A DNA stretch of 64,000 nt from Mobula hypostoma (GCF_963921235.1 NC_086097.1:47742001-47806000), one strand, 5' to 3'; counted from the first letter of the stretch, positions 47,230-60,390 are shown. Notes: a model not told the origin generated them from the sequence alone. Made by a program: numbers and translations.

Positions 47230-49308
47230 TTACAGAGGCATGAGAGAGAAGCCTGCCCAGGTGGATTGGAGGAAGATACTGGCGGGGATGATGGCAGAGC
47301 AGAGATGAGTTTCTGGGTATAGTTCACAAGGCGCAGGATAGATATGTCCCATAGGAAGACGTTCTCAAATGGCAGTGGTAGGCAATTGTGGCCAACAAAG
47401 GAAGTTAAGAGCTGCATAAAAGACAAGGAAAGGGCATATATGATAGCAGAAGTAAATGGGAAGTTGGATGATTCGGAAGCTTTTAAAATCTAACAAAAGG
47501 CAACTAAAAAGCTATAAGAAGGGAAAAGATGAAATAGGAGGGCAAACTAGCAGGATACCAGAAGAATTTTCAGTTATATAAAGAGTAAAAGGGAGGTGAG
47601 AGTTGATATTGGACCACTGGTGAGGTGGTAATTGGGGACGAAGAAATAGCAGATGGAATTAATAGGTACTTTGCATCTCTCTTCACTGTGGAAGACACTA
47701 GCAGTGTGCCAATGGTCCATGAGTGTCAGCAAGCTGGAGTGAGTGCCATTGCTATTATAAAGGAAAAAGTACTAGGCAAGCTGGAACATCTTAAGGTGGA
47801 TAAGTCACCTGGTCCAGATGGATTACATCCAAGAGTCCAGAGAGAGGTTGCTGAAAAGATAAAGGATCTTTCAAGAATCACTTGACTCTGGCATGGTCCC
47901 AGAGGACTGAAAGATTGTAAATATCACTCCACTCTAAAAGAAAGGAAGTTATAGGCCATTTAGCCTAACCTCAGTGGTTGGGACAGTGTTGGATTCTATT
48001 ATTAAAGGAACTTGGAGACTCATGATAAAATAAGTCAAAATCCGCATGGTTTCTGTAACAGGAAATCTTGCCTGACAAATCTGTTAGATTTCTTCGAGGG
48101 ACTAACAAGCAGGATGGACAAAGGAGAGGCAGTGGATGTCACTTACTTGGGTTTTCAGAAGGCATTTGGTAAGGTGCCACACATGAGGATGGTTAACACG
48201 ATAAATTCCTAAGGTGTTACAGGAAATGTACTGGCATGGATAGCAGAATGGCTGACAGGCAGGAGGCAGTGAATGGGAATAAAAGGGGCCTTTTCTGGTT
48301 GGGTGCTAATGACCAGTAGTGTTCCTCAGGGGTCAATATTGGGACCGGTGCTTTTCACATTGTTTGTCAATGACTTAGATAATGGAATTGATGGCTTTGT
48401 GGCAAAGTTTGTGGATGATACGAAGATAGATGGAGGGCTAGGTAGTGCTGAGGAAGCAATGCGATTGCAGCAGGACTTTGACAAATTGGAAGAATGGGCA
48501 AAAATGGCAGATGGAGTACAGTGTTGGGAAATGTGTGATAATGCATTTTGGTAAAAGGAACAATAATGCGGTCTATTATCTAAAGGGGAAAAGGTTCAAA
48601 CATCAGAGGTGCAGAGTGACTTGGGAATCCTCGTGCAAGATTCCCAAAATGTTAATTTACAGGTTTGAGTCTGTGGTAAAGAAGACAAATGCAATATTGG
48701 CATTTATTTCAAGGGGAATAGAATACAAAATCAAGAAGATAATTCTGAGCCTTTATAAGTCACTAGTCTGGCCGCACTTGGAGTATTGCCAACGGTTTTG
48801 GGCAGCATATCTCAGAAGTGATGTTTTATCATTGGAGAGAGTCCAGAGGAAGTTCACGAGGATGATTCCGGGAATGAAGGGGTTAATGATGAGGAGCATT
48901 TGGCAGCTTTGGGCCTGTGCTCAGTGGAGTTTAGAAGAATGCACAGGGATCTCAATGAAACCTACCGAATGTTGAAAGGACTAGATAAGATGGATGTGGA
49001 GAGGATGTTTTCTCTGGTGAGGGTATGTAGAACTAGAGGGCACAGCCTCAAAATTGAACGAGGTAAGGAGAATTTTTTTAGCCAGAGAGTAGTAAGTCTG
49101 TGGAATATTCTGCCGCAGTGTGCGGCAGAGGCCAAGTCTGTGGGTATGTTTAAGGTGGAAGTTGATCATTTCCTGATTGATCAGGGCATCAAAGGATATG
49201 GTAAGTAGGCAGGTGTATGGGGTTGAATCGGATCTGGGATCAGCAATGATGGAATGGCAGAGCAGACTCTGAGTTGGATGGCTTAATTCTGCTCCTATGT
49301 CTTATGGT
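47230..49308 (+). mobile_element. Degraded CR1 LINE (ORF2 RT to 3' tail)
   Basis: VDKSPGPDGLHPRV, SCLTNLLDFFE, VPQGSILGPVLF, KFVDDTK; tail ttctgctcctatgtcttatggt. Confidence 0.88.
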
Positions 49309-49984
49309 TTAACACAGGGAGTACTTCAATGAGTAAGGCTGTAGCTTCAAAACAATGTAAACTGAATGGCAATGAGGTGCAGACTTAAATGCTGGGTTCA
49401 GTGATGTTTATTATAAGTAAAGAAATGCAAAACAAATGTATAACTTGGTGAGTTTACAGCCTTTCAAATATTTCCGTTCATATTTGTTAGGAATTATTTA
49501 TGTGAATGGAATAAAAAGAAATTGTATAATAAGGCAAATTGCAGGGCTTGCATTGTAACCATCATATGGATTGTGAATGAGCGCAAGGACAAAGAGACAA
49601 CGTTCTCAAAGCTTCCTACAGCACTTTACAGCAATTCTTTACATTTATAGTATAGTTTACATTTATATATAAAGTAGGACCTCACAATTATGAAATAAGG
49701 TTAGTGGCTAATTAAGCAGTATGTTGTTATGTGAGTATATTATTACTAATTAAGTGATGGCTGAGCAGTCTTCAAATGGTTAAAACTCAGCTCATCCAAA
49801 TGGGAAGAGTGGAGCATTTGTATGACCAGTATGCATTTAAAAAAGGCAACAGAAAAACGTCTCTACAGCTTGAATTTGAAGAACTTAATTATTATCCAAA
49901 TTATGAACAGTTGCATTTTTGTAAAGAGGATTTGCCATATACCCTTTTCCCTTTCTTAGCAAACTTTATTTATACAACAAATAG

Positions 49985-50082
49985 GGCGTGCTGGTCGTGT
50001 TTCAAAAGGATACTGCTATCGGTTAGTGACACGTGATTTCTGGATACACCATATTCCTGATCAAGGAATACCAGAGATGCAG
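49985..50082 (+). CDS. TDRD9: TDRD9 exon: RAGRVSKGYCYRLVTRDFWIHHIPDQGIPEMQ
   Basis: tag/gtaaat; motif VI. Confidence 0.95.
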
Positions 50083-50366
50083 GTAAATGTCTCTCAGTCC
50101 AAGCAATACCCGACTTAATGCTACATCTTTGCTTTTGCTTCAAACTGAGACTGCTTTATGCATTATTACTTGGATAATATGGATATATCAAGCATACATT
50201 TATATATAAAAAGTAAAATTGTATTTTTCATTGTTTGAGATGCCTTTCAAGCCTTTTCGGTGCTTGTGTGTATATTTACAATATAAATTAGTAAATGCAA
50301 AACAAGTTATCAATGCTACTGATTTACAAATAGAACATAAATGTCTGTTTTTTTAAAATTTCTCAG

Positions 50367-50498
50367 CGTTGCCCTTTAAGCAGTACTATACTCAAAGTAA
50401 AATTGCTGAATATGGGAGAACCGAGAGTTCTGTTGGCTTCTGCTCTGTCTCCACCTAATCTAAAGGAGATTGAACGTACAGTCCTGCTACTAAAAGAG
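50367..50498 (+). CDS. TDRD9: TDRD9 exon: RCPLSSTILKVKLLNMGEPRVLLASALSPPNLKEIERTVLLLKE
   Basis: cag acceptor; non-canonical GCAAGT donor. Confidence 0.9.
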
Positions 50499-50675
50499 GC
50501 AAGTAGTTGACCAGTTCTCCAAAAATAGATCCTTTGCAGGAATTCTCTGTACATTGAAACACTGACATTTTATAAAGGATTAGCTTCAGTAGAAAATAAT
50601 TACCATTTATTTGTGGCACTTTTTCAAATGTAAAAAAAACACTAATTGAGCTGTTCTGACTATTTCTTTATCAAG

Positions 50676-50838
50676 GTGGGAGCACTATCTGTTGAATTGA
50701 AAGGAACAGTGAACCCATATGATGGAGATCTAACTTTCTTAGGAAGAGTACTGGCATATTTGCCTGTGGATCTCCAGTTAGGAAAACTTGTAGTTTTAGG
50801 ACATGTTTTCGGCTGTTTAGAAGAGTGCCTTATTATTG
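50676..50838 (+). CDS. TDRD9: TDRD9 exon: VGALSVELKG...GHVFGCLEECLII
   Basis: aag/gtaagt; HA2 domain LTFLGRVLAYLPV. Confidence 0.95.
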
Positions 50839-50934
50839 GTAAGTATACAGAAAAATAGGAGTGACAATGCTTAAAAATATTCCAAGTCATTTCATAGGAG
50901 TTTGTTATAAATAAATACAAATTTTCTTTTCCAG

Positions 50935-50998
50935 CTGCAGCTCTTTCACTGAAAAACTTCTTTGTAACACCATATAAACAGCCCCTTGAAGGATACCG
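50935..50998 (+). CDS. TDRD9: TDRD9 exon: AAALSLKNFFVTPYKQPLEGYR
   Basis: cag/gtacag. Confidence 0.93.
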
Positions 50999-51579
50999 GT
51001 ACAGTTGAATTTCTTTTTAGAAGATGAAGTGGGGTGGACAAGGGAAAGGGGAAAGGGAAAATGAAAAGGGAAACAAATTATTCAAGAGTGCTCAGACTTC
51101 ATTTCCATTACCAAAAATCTTTATGATCTTTGGTATTAAGTCTGAATATCTACTTGGCTGCTTATGCAGTCTTCAATCATGATGATGTACTGAGCCAAAC
51201 TTCCTTTTAAGTGTACCAGTTGAACATTTCTTTCATGGTCTTTTGGTACATGGAGCTTAGAAAAATAGAGGGCTATGAGTAACCCTAGGTAATTTCTAAA
51301 GTAAGAACGTGTTTGGCACAGCATTGTGGGCTGAAGGGCCTGTATTGTGCTGTAGGTTTTCTATGTTCCTTTGGCCCCAATATCCACTCCCCTGATCTTC
51401 AAGCTCATGAGTGTCATGTTTAGCATACTGTATCTCCAATTGCACTGATGACAATAGTTAGGATATCCTGTCAGGATCATCTATTGAGCCATATGGGTAG
51501 AACTTGGGATGAAGAGAGAATTGGTCACTTTGGAACAATATTAATAGCATTCCAATATCAGCAAGAGTTAGAACAGATA

Positions 51580-52366
51580 CAGTACTGTGCAAAAATCTTA
51601 TGCACATATATATAGTTAGGATACCTAAGACTTTTGCACAATACTGTATCTGCACTGTGCTGCTGCGGCAAGAAAGATATGACGTGAGTAATGATGAACC
51701 TGATTCTGATATGGGTCTCTATTGTGAACTGAAAGTGAGAAGGGTTGGGAAAGGGAAATCATGGTTGGGAAAAGGGGAAGAGAGAGGGGAGGATGTGGGA
51801 AGCATCAGAGAGACATTCTGTAATGATCAATAAACAACTGATCATTGGAATCAAATGACCTTGCCTGGTGTCTCAGTGCTGGGAGTGTCTGTACCCAAGC
51901 CATCCCCCATCCCTGGCACACCTTCTCTGCTACCTGTCCCACACCTCTCCAACTGCGCCATTCTAAACATTCTTCGCTCCCGCTAGATTTACACACTCGC
52001 TTTCTGTTCCACATTGACAAATACAGTACTGTGCAAAAGTCTTGGGCACACTAAATATAGACATAGCAGCACAAAGCTTTATAGTACAGTCAACCCAGGT
52101 GCAATTCTCATTGCTGCTTGTAAGGAGTTTGAATGTTCTCCCCATGACCATGTGGGTTTCTGGGTGCGCCGGTTTCCTTCAATGGTCCAAAGACCTACTA
52201 GTTAGTAGTTTAAGTGGTTATTGAAAATTGTCCAGTGATTAGGTTAGGATTAAATTGGGGGATTGCTGGGCGGTGTAGCTTGAAGGGCTAGAAGAGCCTA
52301 TTTCACGCTGTTTGTCAATTAAATAATAAATAAATAATGTGTGCCTAAGACTTTTGCACAGTGCTG
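51580..52366. mobile_element. Composite Tc1-like non-autonomous element: two mini-palindromic units (51580-51646, 52024-52366) around unrelated sequence
   Basis: Four copies of TIR CAGTACTGTGCAAAAGTCTT(A/G)GGCA, each bounded by TA. Confidence 0.75.
52062..52337 (+). mobile_element. Degraded V-SINE/HE1-like SINE
   Basis: ggagtttgaatgttctccccatgaccatgtgggtttc...ccggtttcct...tccaaagac central domain; (TAAA)n tail. Confidence 0.7.
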
Positions 52367-52890
52367 TAAGCAAATAGCAGGAATATGTAAGAGCAATTGG
52401 GCTATAGTAGTGGGGCTTTAACTTTCCCAATATTGACTACTAATCAACTCCTCCACACCATTAACCACCACTACTTTATCATTTCCTGTCAGTCGTTTTA
52501 TGTCTAGACGCTCCTGTAACTAGCATCACTTTATGGACATACAAGATTGTGTATATACATTGATTTTGTATATTATTATTGTTTTGTGCTGCATTGGGTG
52601 CAGAGTAGCAATTATTTCGTTCTCCTTTACACATGTATACTGGAAATGACATTAAAGAATCTTGAATCTTGATTGCCTAATGCAAGAGACTTAGAATGGG
52701 TGGAAGCACACATCCAGCCACTTTTTAAAAAATAATACTGATAGCTTCTGTCTCTAGCACACCAAAGATTTTAAATTTATACCCTTAAAGTATTTAATGC
52801 ATGACCTGAGGGAAATGGACCCTTCTGCTTTTCTAGGCCCCTCATAATTTTATGCATCACTGTTTTGTGTAGCTATTTACATCCATTAAT

Positions 52891-53062
52891 AAACACGAAA
52901 TGCTGGAGGAACTGAGCAAACCAGGCAGCATCTATGAAGGGTCTTGGCCTGAAATGTCGACTTTTTTTTTTATTTGACTCTTTTCCATAGATGCTGCCTG
53001 GTCTGCTGAGTTCCTCCAGCATTTTGTGTGTATCACTTTGTTTCTACATCTGCAGATTTTCT
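52891..53062. repeat. Penelope-derived hairpin repeat
   Basis: Arms aaatgctggaggaactgagcaaaccaggcagcatctatg / catagatgctgcctggtctgctgagttcctccagcattt around a degenerate hammerhead core. Confidence 0.7.
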
Positions 53063-53653
53063 TTTATTTACATACATTAATTGTGGTCTAGGTGTGCCTG
53101 ACAGTTTCTTTCTTTCATCTTTTTTTTCCCAACTGCTTTTTTAAAAAAATATCCCTTGTTGATGAAAGAGATGTGCATTCTCTGTCAGTGATAAAACTTT
53201 ATTTTGAAACAAAACAGATGAGGTTAAACCATGAAACTCCATGAAATTTCATATTCAACTGCATGAAATTGCCTTTGGCAAAATATTGACTTCCAGAGTT
53301 TTGGAAATGTTTGAGGAAATTTTTAAAACAAATGTAGTAGAAAACATTAGATGTAATTCAGGGGATACTTTTGATTGTTTTGTCACTTCAAAATAGAAGA
53401 CTTTTAGTAAGTGGGTGGTTGGGGAAAGACCTTAACAACATTTTTCAAATAAGTCTCAGGACAGTGAATCCTAGGTTGCATAAATAGTAGCAAATCTTCA
53501 CTAAACAGTATGTGATAAAAATGTGTGAGCAAGCAGCTGAGCATTGCCAACTGTATGCACATCAATGCAAGGATTTTAATGTGTTTAATTGTGAACACAA
53601 ATGCCTGCTCTACAAGAATCTTAGTGCTCTAATTATAATTTGTGTTTGTGTAG

Positions 53654-53717
53654 GAATAAAATGGAGTATTGTGATGGAACATTAAGTGATTGCATAGCAC
53701 TTGTAAATGCATTCAAG
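53654..53717 (+). CDS. TDRD9: TDRD9 exon: NKMEYCDGTLSDCIALVNAFK
   Basis: tag/gtaatg. Confidence 0.93.
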
Positions 53718-54945
53718 GTAATGAATAATCAATTGCGGTAAGTGAAAACTTGAGAACTTCATGTAATGAAGTAAAAAGATTTTTTGGAAATATTACATCA
53801 GACTGGATTAGAGGTGAGGCTAATCACGTGATTTGCATTAGAAGTATTGTACAAGAAATTGGTGTACTTGTTTGAAGGAGCAGAGGAAACTGTAGAATTT
53901 TGAGTATTTTCTTGAGAAAAATACAGAAGATGGAAAAAAATTTCATACAAAATTAGGTGCATGTAATCAATATTTAATATACAAGGTTTGTCTAGGAGAT
54001 TACTCATTCATTCACAAGTAAAATACTACAGGTGCACAATGTATAGTGTTACTATACACTATACACTGTTTTATATGAAATAAAAACAGAGACTCAGGAA
54101 TCAACACCTATGGAAAGAAGAACAGTTTTTAAATTGCAGAAAAACTATTTTCTTGTGGACAGAAAGGCGGGGTGTTGTAGAGGGAATAAATATGGAAATG
54201 TTTATGATCACCAGAAGGGGTTAAGTGATGAAATAATGATGATGCTGTGTGAAGGAGGATGGTCTAGACCAGTCTTGAAATGTCTGTGGCAAGGAGATAC
54301 ATAATGAATGCTGCAAATTTGAAGTAAAATAAATTTATGGTGAGGAAGATGTAGACTTAAAGTGAAAGACTGTTGAATTGAATATGGTAGAAACATAAAT
54401 TTATTTTTTACTCAGCATTATGATCATAAAGGTCAATTTAATTCGATCTATAATGTCAATGTAATTGTGAATACAGTCAACCTAAGAAAAATACCTTATG
54501 ACAAGAATAAAGAATTTCGGAGCAGTATGGGCCCCTTGGTCCCTCAAACCCACCCTCTTCAATACAATCATGAAGGATCAACACACTAAAAAAGTCACAG
54601 GTGTGACCATTTCATCTACATGGAATTATTTGATCAGAGCTGTGGCAACACGACAACCATTGCTCTGTTGGAAAGAGAGAAGAAAGTTGGTGTGAGTTAG
54701 TTACCCTGTTCTCTATTAAGTATTGTTGCTGTATGTAAATATATGTAAATGGCTGTTCACTTTAGATTTTGCCTCCAAACCCAGCCATAATTGCCACTTT
54801 GTCAACTTTACCATTTTCCCAAGGTGTCAGTACTAAAGTCAACTCCAATCATCCCTTCTGAATCCATCTTCTGCATTCCACAGTGTGATCCATTTTAACA
54901 TTTGGTTGCACATTCATTAACCTTTTGCTTTAAATTTTGTCATAG

Positions 54946-54990
54946 GCATGGCAGACTTGCAGAGAACAAGGACAGCTCAGATGTCCCAGG
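54946..54990 (+). CDS. TDRD9: TDRD9 exon: AWQTCREQGQLRCPR
   Basis: tag/gttggt; matches TWKACRQTGELRYPK-like segment. Confidence 0.88.
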
Positions 54991-55507
54991 GTTGGTGTAC
55001 TTGTTTTCCTTGTCTTGCAAATTTCAAGCCAAACTGTATTAATGCATTATGTTCGATCTGATGTGAATTGTTAGACTAATTACATTTATACTTTATAATG
55101 TTTACTTGCCAATAATTAGAGCATTGGTAGACCTAAATTATCTGAATAAAATTAAGTTAAGAACAAGCTTGGCCCACCACCTTTTATTCAGCTTTCTAAT
55201 CAAGCATGAACTGAAGGGAATGGTGTGACATGATTCACACAAATGCTATACAGGACTGTCTCCAGTAGTTAAGGTTGCCTTCTTTTTGCCCTTCAGTAGT
55301 ACCACTGTTAACATTTGTGCCTATAACCTTAAACCCACACCCTGCCTCACCCCACAGGAAGTAGAATTCAATTAAGAGTTTAGATACTAGGCACTCTCTG
55401 AGATGTCTTGTCTAGATATCCCTAAAATTATTCTATTATTAAAGGTGAAGTCAATGTTAGAACACTTGCTGCTTGTGTAGATACATAAAACCATAGTGAA
55501 GTGCTCA

Positions 55508-55825
55508 TCAGGGGTGATTGATAAGTTTGTAGCCTAAGGTAGAAGGAGATGAGTTATTAACTTCAAACTTTCTGCATAATCACTCAGAGTTGACCTGCAT
55601 GTGCATGTGTCGAGAGCTGTATAACTCATCTCCCTTTACCTTAGGCCACGAACTTATCAATCACCCATCTGTGGACACTTTCTGGAGGTCCAAGATCTGT
55701 ATGCTCCACGACCGCTGGACTAAGTGTGTAAATGTAGGAGGGGACTAAGTTGAAAAATAAATGTGCTAGGTTTTCTGAAATTGACTCCTTCTACCCTAGG
55801 CCCCGAACATATCAATCACCCCTTG
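55508..55825 (+). mobile_element. Mariner-derived MITE with an extra internal TIR
   Basis: TIR aggggtgattgataagtt..gcctaaggtagaaggag at left, inverted at about 55621-55666 and 55783-55825, TA after; remnant LHDRWTKCVNVGGD*VEK*. Confidence 0.85.
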
Positions 55826-55829
55826 TACT

Positions 55830-57215
55830 TGTACATCAGATTTTAGCTTCTCCCTCTCAAACTGCAGGGTGAATTCTATTATATTATGACCATTGCCTTT
55901 GAAGTATTCCTTTATGTTCAGTTCCATAATCAAATCTGGGTCTTTACACAATTCGCAATCCAGAATTGCCTTTTTCCTAGTGGGCTCAACTACAATCTGC
56001 TCTAAAATGTCATCTTATAGGCATTCTACAAATCCTGTCTTTTGGGATCCAGCACCAACATGATTTTCCCAATCTACCTGCATATTGAAATCTCCTATTG
56101 TGATTTGCACCCAACATCTATGTTACTGTTCGGAGGCCTCCGAACAGGATCCCATCAGGATCTTTTTACCCTTGTAGTTTCTTAATTCTACCCAGAAGGA
56201 TTCTACATCTTTCAATCCTATGTCACCTCTTTCTAAGAATTTGATTTCAATTTTTTTTGGAATAGAGCCACTACACCTCCTCTGTCCTTCTGTCCTTCCG
56301 ATACAATTTATCCTTTGATGTTAAACTCCTGATTTTCTTTCAACTGTGTCTCAGTCTGTATTCATCACCCTTTTCATTTATGCCCCAGTGTTACTGGAAG
56401 TTAAGTTCTTATCCCTTTCTAAAGTTTTTAAAAAGTCTTTATTTATTTTAGAGAGTTTAGTAATCTCTCCTTCAATCTCCTTTCTTTTTACTTTATCCTC
56501 ACTTTTCCAAACTATTGACACACTTCAACCCATCCCCTGGCTACAATTTTGCCCTATCACCTGCCTATCCTTCCTCATGGTCTCACTACAAGCTGCATCT
56601 ACTTGCATAACAAATGCCCCATCTTCAACCCTATCACCTTGGTTCCCATCTCCCTACCAAATTAGTTTAAATCCTCCCCAACAGTTCTAGCAAACCTGCT
56701 CACAAGGAAGTTGATTCCCCTTGGGTTCAGGTGTAACTCGTCCTTTTTTTTTACAGGTCATACCTTTCCTAGGAGAGATCACAATGATTCAGAAATCTGA
56801 AACCCTGCACCAATTTCTCACCCCATGCATTTATCTTCTAAATCATCCTACTCTTATCGTCAGTGGACCATGGCAAGGCAGCAATCTAAAGATTGTTACT
56901 CTTGAAGTCTTGCTTTTCAGCTTTCTACCCAACTGTCTATATTTTCCCTTCAGGACCGCAACCCTTTTCCTCCTTATGTCATTGAAACCAGTATGTACCA
57001 TGACTTTCCAGCTGTTCACCCTCCCATTTTTGAATGCTGTGGACCAGATCTGAGACGTCACTGACCTTGGCACCTGGGAGGCAACATACCATCTGGGTGT
57101 CTTTTTCACGACCACAGAATTTCCATCTGGTCCCTTAACTATGGAATCCTCTATCACTACTACACTCCTCTTCCCTCTACCTCACAGAGCCAGACTCAGT
57201 GCTGGAGACAAACCA
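55830..57215 (-). mobile_element. Degraded CR1 5' part (ORF1 esterase and EN)
   Basis: IEDSIVKG, LGRKLKSKTSRVTIFRLLP; EN remnants. Confidence 0.75.
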
Positions 57216-57755
57216 TAGTGTCTTTCTTTACTAGTTAGCTAACATTATACCATTTTCTGTACAAGGACCTCATAATTGCTGCATTTGAAGGATAAGTCCC
57301 CAAAAATGTCATTCAACCTAATTTGGAGGTTTTTTGCTCTCTCCTTGTGATCCATTTGGCTCGCAATTGAAGGTGAAGGAAGATTTGATGAAAATGGGAT
57401 TTTTTTAATTAACATGTATCTGAAAGCACGGCAAATAAGATGTAAACAACTGATTTGTCCTGTTATAATGTACTTATATGACATATTTTTGTTTCTGAAA
57501 TCTCAAGTTGTTGATTGTGAATTTTATATTTCGTGAACCTTGACAGTGCTATTCTCAATATTATACAATTTAGTCTTAAATTATTTTGAAGGTGATTCAG
57601 GTAAAATATTTGCCCTGACTAGGTTCTCTGCCATATTAATTTCATTTAATCTGTTTTTCCAATTCCAATCCATAATTACCTATTTTACAATGTTAAATAT
57701 TGTATTTATGATTGTGTATGATGTCACCAAATTTTAACTTCTTGTTGTAACACAG

Positions 57756-57809
57756 GCTGAGTTGGAATGGGGAAAAACAAATTACATCCAGATAAAAAGA
57801 ATAAAGGAG
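57756..57809 (+). CDS. TDRD9: TDRD9 exon: AELEWGKTNYIQIKRIKE
   Basis: cag/gtgagt. Confidence 0.93.
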
Positions 57810-58929
57810 GTGAGTTTGTTGTGTACCATTAAATTGTAATAAGGTGTTCATGAAGGATTGTTTGCTATTAATTGTGTAGCTCTATTCTTCTACTACTAAG
57901 AATCCACTTCTGATCTTTTGGGTCATTTGTAACCTTTACCTCAATTATAAGTCTCCTCAACTTCCTCAAAGTCTTTTTAGCAGAAGGAAAACTTGAATTT
58001 TGTTAATCTACTGACAGGCCAACTGTGATATTAAGATCACAGGTTGATGAATTGGATATCTAATCATGGAAATGAGAGAAAAATGGGAATTATCTTTTCA
58101 TCGTGCGCATTTTGCTGAAGCACGACAAGGGCTGCAGAGTTCTCAACGGAAAACTCTTCGAAGATTCAAGCTTGATTATGAAAGACTTCTGTTGCACCAT
58201 AGAGAATAATAATGTTTGTCCAAGGTGACAAAACTTCAAGATAGTAGACCACTCTTGATCTTTAGATCTTCCAGGCACTTAAACCTATGTGGACAAAATT
58301 ACTGAATAGATTTGCCACCCTGCCAATCTAATTTTAAAAAAGTTATAAGAACTTGTAGAGTAAACAAAATTATTAGTATTTTTTACTTTAGAACTGTTGG
58401 TGATTAAGATAATGCAGGTAATAAAAGCACATAATTTTTTTTCAAAAGCAGCTACTTACTTTGCAGTCCTCTGTATTGTTTTGCCACATGGTTCATCCAA
58501 AGACTATTCAACCATTGTGGATAAAATAACCAGTGCTCAGTCAAAATCAGTGACTAGGACTTCTCTTAAAGTACTACTCAGACGACTCAATCCAACCTTG
58601 ATAGGATAGAAATTTAATTTTGGTGACTAACACTAAGTAAATATAAAGATAATGCTAAACAATTGTATTCCTCTCTGTTCAGTTCCACTGGAAAAAATAT
58701 GTAGAAGAGCCATAAGCCATTCCAGATAATTTGTTAGGGATTTAATCTTTGTAGCTAACAAGGGGTTTCTCCTAAGGTGCTGCAAAAACTTAATATATTC
58801 ATTGTGAAGCTTAAATATTGAGTGCAATAAAATAACAATTGTTTCCAAAATTTATTGGGGGCTGTAAAGTGATGGGCAGGTATTGAATTTGGCTTTACTG
58901 ACTGAATCTGCAAAATGTAAACCAATGGA

Positions 58930-59288
58930 TGAAATCAAACAAGAATGAAGAGATTGCTCAATGTAAAAATCGTATCGACTAAAAGGTGGCGGTGACTAAT
59001 ACTGGAGGACATCTGTTTTAGATGAGTTAAAGATACTTTAGGGGAAATATCAGAAGGGTTTTTTTTACACAGTTGTGGGCAGCTGGAATGCACCATCGGG
59101 CATGGTAGTAGAGGCTGATGTAATAGGAACATTTGAGTGACTTAGATAGGCACATGGATGTAAGGAAAATGGAGGGTTATGGGCTATTAGAAGGGAAGGG
59201 TTGTATTGATCACGGAGTGGGTTTATATAGGTTGGCAAAACATTGTGGGTTAGAAGGCGTGTACTGTGCTGTACTGTTGTATGTTGTG
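58930..59288 (+). mobile_element. CR1 3' fragment
   Basis: ttagataggcacatggatg...gtactgtgctgtactgttgtatgtt tail. Confidence 0.7.
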
Positions 59289-59591
59289 GACTAAGGTGGA
59301 GTGAGAAGAACAGGAGTTTTCAGAATAATTTCCACTTTATTAAAAGAAAAAAATAACTTGGCTGTTGAAGCGAAGTGTGGTTCTGAGGAGGTTAAGAAAT
59401 ATTGAGACCTTTTTGGAGATGCTAATTAAATTAAAATGAATATAAACTAAAAACATGATCATTGTGAATGTTTTTGAAATGACAAATAGTAAGTTCCAGT
59501 GGCTTTATATCACTTGAAAATGCATTCTTTGTATGCCAGATAGCACTAATAGTTATGGAGTCACACAACATGGAAACAGTCCATGCTGACC

Positions 59592-60390
59592 AAGTTCAAA
59601 GTAAATTTTATAATCAGAGTACATGTACATCACAACATACAACCTAAGATTCATTTCCCTATGGGAATACTCAGCAAATCTATAGAATAGTTACTATAAC
59701 AGGGTCAATGAAAGAGTGCAGAAGACCACAAACTGCACAAATGCAAATATAAATAAGTAATAAATAAAGAGATAAAGGGTCCTTAAAGTGAGATAATTGA
59801 TTGTGGGAACATCTCAATTGATGGGCAAGTGAATGTAGTTATCCCTTTTTGTTCAGGAGTCTGATAGTTGAGCGGTAGTAATTGCTCTTGAACTGGTGGT
59901 GCAAGTCCTGAGGCTCTTGTACTTTCTACCTGATGGTGGCAGTGAGAAAAGAGCATGGCCTAGGTGGCGAGGATCTCTGATGATGGATGCTGCTTTCCTA
60001 CAACAGCATTTCATGTAGATGTGCTCAATGATTGGGAGGCTTTTACCCCTGATATACTGGGCCAAATCCACTACCTTTTGTAGGATTTTCCATTCAAAAG
60101 CATTGGTGTTTCCATACCAGGCTGTGCTACAGCTAGTCAATACACCTTCCACTACACATCTATAGAAGTTTGTCAGAGTTATTGATGTCATGTCAAAACT
60201 CAGCAGACTCCTAAGGAAGTAGTGTCACTGTTGTGCTTTCTTCGTAATTGCACTTGATGCTGGATCCAGGACAGGTCCACTGAAATAGTAACACCCAGGA
60301 ATTTAAAGTTGCCAGTCCTCTCCACCTCTGATCCTCCAATGAGGACTGGCTCATGGACCTCTAGTTTCCCTCTCATGAAGTCTACGATCT
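59592..60390 (-). mobile_element. Rex1-like LINE 3' fragment
   Basis: LTNFYRCVVEGVLTSCSTAWYGN, FKFLGVTIS, HALFSLPPSGRKY. Confidence 0.8.
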
